Source: an uncultured Pelagibacteraceae bacterium (GTDB taxonomy: Bacteria > Pseudomonadota > Alphaproteobacteria > Pelagibacterales > Pelagibacteraceae). From it: a DNA stretch of 64,000 nt. How positions within the stretch are numbered: the stretch's first letter is position 1; every line of letters starts with the position of its first letter. Below, piece after piece: positions 61,913-64,000 of the stretch. The stretch is taken from positions 18,744-82,743 of the forward strand of contig CACOGC010000006.1 of the NCBI GenBank assembly GCA_902626645.1, given 5' to 3'. Below the pieces are notes generated by a model. The model was not told where the DNA came from. It saw nothing but the letters and a program-made list of their open reading frames with translations, and made no database searches. A program made the position numbers and the translations under genes.

Positions 61913-63212
61913 ATTTTTTAAAGATATACTCCCAAAGAGATTATTTTATAGAGCTTTATTAATTGTAGCAGTTCCAGTCATAGTTTTACAATTGGTAATT
62001 ACTATTGTTTTTTTTGATAGCCTTTGGATCAAAACAAACAAGGGTATGACTAAAGCGTTAGTAAATGAAATTAATACTTTCATTGAAGTTTATTCTGATG
62101 AAATTTATAAAAAAGATGAAATTAAAAATGTTTTTTCGGTTTACCAAGACTTAAATATAGATTTTGTAGAGAATAAAAAATTTACTTATATTCTTGATGA
62201 AAGATGGTTTAGTCCAATAGATAGAACTTTAAGAAGGGAACTTAAGTCAAAGTTTGGGAATGAAAATTATTGGTTTGATACAACCTCATACAAAGAGTTA
62301 ATTGATATTAGAATAAAATATCAGTCTGGGTATTTTAAGTTTTTAGTTCCCAGAGATAGAGTGACGACTTCCTCGGCTCGTATCTTTGCACTATGGATAA
62401 CAGTTCCTGCAATCATAATGATTTTAATTTCTTTAATTTTCCTAAAAAATCAAACGAGACCAATAACTAATCTTGCAAAAGCAGCTGAAAAATTTGGCCG
62501 GGGAGAAGAAATTGATGAATTTAAACCCTCTGGTGCAGCAGAAATTAGACAAGCCGGTTATGAATTTGATAGAATGAGAAAAAGAATTTTAAGACATCTT
62601 AATCAAAGATCAGAAATGTTATCTGGCATCAGCCACGACTTAAGAACTCCTTTAACAAGAATGAAATTACAAATAGCGTTTATTAAAGATAAAGAATTAA
62701 GTAAAAAATTATCCGAGGACATTAACGAAATGGAAAAAATGCTCAATGAATATTTGCAATTTACGAGCTCGTCATACCTTGAAAAAGATGAAGAATTTAA
62801 TATTAGCGAATTAGTTGATGAAATAGTTAAAAAATATGAAAATGAAAATATATCATCCAGGATTACACCTAGAATTTATATAAGTGGAAGAAAAAACTTA
62901 ATCAAAAGATGTGTTAACAATCTTATAGATAATGCAATTAAATACGCGGAAAAAGTAAATGTAGATATTACTAAAAGTAGTAACAACTTATTCATTAAAA
63001 TTGAAGACAACGGACCAGGTATACCTGAAGCAGAATATGATAATGTTTTCAAACCTTTTTACAAAATTGATAAAGGTCGAGCTGAAACAAAATCAAGCGT
63101 TGGACTTGGATTATCTATAGCTTCTGACATTATCAGATCACATGGGGGAAATATAAAGTTGGCCAAGTCACCAATGGGTGGTTTAGAAGCTAAGATCTTT
63201 TTGCCTTTTTAA
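61893..63212 (+). CDS. EnvZ-like sensor histidine kinase
   Basis: Two TM segments, a HAMP-like linker, the H-box 'SGISHDLRTPLTR', the N-box 'N...NA.KY', G1 'DNGPGIP' and G2 'GLGLSI'. 20-nt overlap with the regulator gene. Confidence 0.85.
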   Translation: MFYGLSKFFKDILPKRLFYRALLIVAVPVIVLQLVITIVFFDSLWIKTNKGMTKALVNEINTFIEVYSDEIYKKDEIKNVFSVYQDLNIDFVENKKFTYILDERWFSPIDRTLRRELKSKFGNENYWFDTTSYKELIDIRIKYQSGYFKFLVPRDRVTTSSARIFALWITVPAIIMILISLIFLKNQTRPITNLAKAAEKFGRGEEIDEFKPSGAAEIRQAGYEFDRMRKRILRHLNQRSEMLSGISHDLRTPLTRMKLQIAFIKDKELSKKLSEDINEMEKMLNEYLQFTSSSYLEKDEEFNISELVDEIVKKYENENISSRITPRIYISGRKNLIKRCVNNLIDNAIKYAEKVNVDITKSSNNLFIKIEDNGPGIPEAEYDNVFKPFYKIDKGRAETKSSVGLGLSIASDIIRSHGGNIKLAKSPMGGLEAKIFLPF

Positions 63213-63441
63213 TTTTCTTTTTTTTTGTGGACTTTAATTGATCAATTTTTTTTTCTAAATTTTCAACTCTTTTTGAAAGAACTTCAAACTCATCTTTACT
63301 AGTTAACTTCATTTTAAAAACTATTTCATCTCTTTTAGATTTTAAAATAGTCATAATTTCATTAGCTATATCTTTTGATGATACTAAACCTTGTTCAAAT
63401 AATTTAGCAAGTTTTTCAATTACAAACTTTGAGTTTTTCAT
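63190..63441 (-). CDS. ubiK: UbiK/YqiC (BMFP) family accessory protein
   Basis: 83 aa. 'KLTSKDEFEVLSKRVENLEKKIDQL' aligns by eye with E. coli UbiK '[29 protein letters not shown]'. Lys-rich tail. Confidence 0.5.
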   Translation of the reverse strand: MKNSKFVIEKLAKLFEQGLVSSKDIANEIMTILKSKRDEIVFKMKLTSKDEFEVLSKRVENLEKKIDQLKSTKKKKIKKAKRS

Positions 63442-63491
63442 ATATTAATCTAATAACTTATTATAATTATAACTTATATTTAAAAATAAAA

Positions 63492-64000
63492 ATGTTCATT
63501 AATAATTTTGACCCAGTCGCATTTCAAATTTTTTCATTTGAGATTAGATGGTATTCTTTAGCTTATATTATTGGTATTTTATTAGGGTGGTTTTTGAGTA
63601 AGAAATTTTTTATTTCTGATCTGAAAGTAAAGGAAAAATTTGACGATTATTTAACTTATTTAATTTTAGGTTTAATTATTGGTGGCAGATTAGGGTATGT
63701 TGTATTTTATAACTTTGAATTTTATATCAATAATTTATTAGATATCTTTAAAATTTGGCAGGGTGGTATGTCATTTCATGGGGGAGTTATAGGGATCATA
63801 ATTGCAAGTTACCTTTTTGCGAAAAGAAATTCACAAAGTTCATTTAGTTATTTAGATATTGTGTCTTTTGTTGCACCCATAGGTATTTTTTTTGGAAGAA
63901 TAGCAAATTTTATAAATTCAGAACTTTATGGTGTCGAAACAAATGTTGCTTGGGCAGTCCAATTTACACAAATAGATAATTTATATCGACATCCTACTCA
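63492..64000 (+). CDS. lgt: Prolipoprotein diacylglyceryl transferase (5' part; runs off the window)
   Basis: Not in the supplied ORF track because it is open-ended. ATG at 63492. The translation 'MFINNFDPVAFQIFSFEIRWYSLAYIIGILLG...GGRLGYV.FYN......IFKIWQGGMSFHGG..G......FGRIANFINSEL.G' matches Lgt motifs. Confidence 0.85.
   Translation, partial: MFINNFDPVAFQIFSFEIRWYSLAYIIGILLGWFLSKKFFISDLKVKEKFDDYLTYLILGLIIGGRLGYVVFYNFEFYINNLLDIFKIWQGGMSFHGGVIGIIIASYLFAKRNSQSSFSYLDIVSFVAPIGIFFGRIANFINSELYGVETNVAWAVQFTQIDNLYRHPT

Noticed and set aside
63453-63477. 9-bp direct repeat ATAACTTAT x2 (16-bp period) in the ubiK/lgt spacer, and numerous A/T homopolymer runs (8-10 nt) inside genes.
   Set aside because: These are pure A/T-rich short repeats in an extremely AT-rich genome and are expected by chance. 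There is no supporting context for a regulatory or slippage function.

Overview
Very AT-rich, extremely gene-dense segment of an alphaproteobacterial core chromosome. Intergenic spacers are tiny or negative, and many start/stop overlaps span 1-23 nt. The gene content and protein sequences look like a Pelagibacterales (SAR11, 'Candidatus Pelagibacter') genome; this attribution is an inference from composition, proteorhodopsin and streamlining. I support about 60 CDS, 3 tRNAs (Leu-GAG, a CAT-anticodon tRNA, Val-GAC) and the RNase P RNA. Main blocks: (1) a monocistronic proteorhodopsin gene with its own terminator, followed by a ferredoxin / ferredoxin-NADP reductase / GST operon and divergent from prpE. 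(2) Housekeeping genes: pyrC, ygfZ, nadA-nadC, fumC, uvrD, pepP, ligA, bamD. (3) A complete but remodelled dcw (division / cell wall) cluster on the minus strand, 19.5-37.4 kb. (4) rnpB, an AmpD-like amidase and mlaA-mlaC. (5) yqeY-dnaG-rpoD followed by two tRNAs. (6) carAB. (7) A small block of poorly characterised genes: a tail-anchored small ORF, a 2OG-Fe(II)-oxygenase-like gene, an ELM1-like gene, and trxB plus a degenerate ADP-ribosylglycohydrolase-like gene. (8) uvrB-SDR-folB-uvrC-pgsA, ilvE, a MarR/OmpR-type regulator/histidine kinase module, ubiK and the start of lgt. I see no CRISPR array, transposase, integrase, prophage or recognisable defence island, and I cannot honestly point to a clear new multi-gene system. 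The most unusual biology visible is the rearranged cell-division locus. In it, ftsZ has moved to directly follow mraZ, behind a promoter bracketed by three TGGGN boxes at 10-bp spacing. murE and murF are fused into one ORF. The ftsA position holds a half-size FtsA-like gene that lacks the nucleotide-binding and FtsZ-binding half. Other points of interest: a Gln (blue-type) spectral-tuning residue in proteorhodopsin, structured repeats in the proteorhodopsin/prpE intergenic region, a tRNA-Val with a non-canonical D-loop/T-loop elbow, and an ELM1-like/2OG-oxygenase gene pair.
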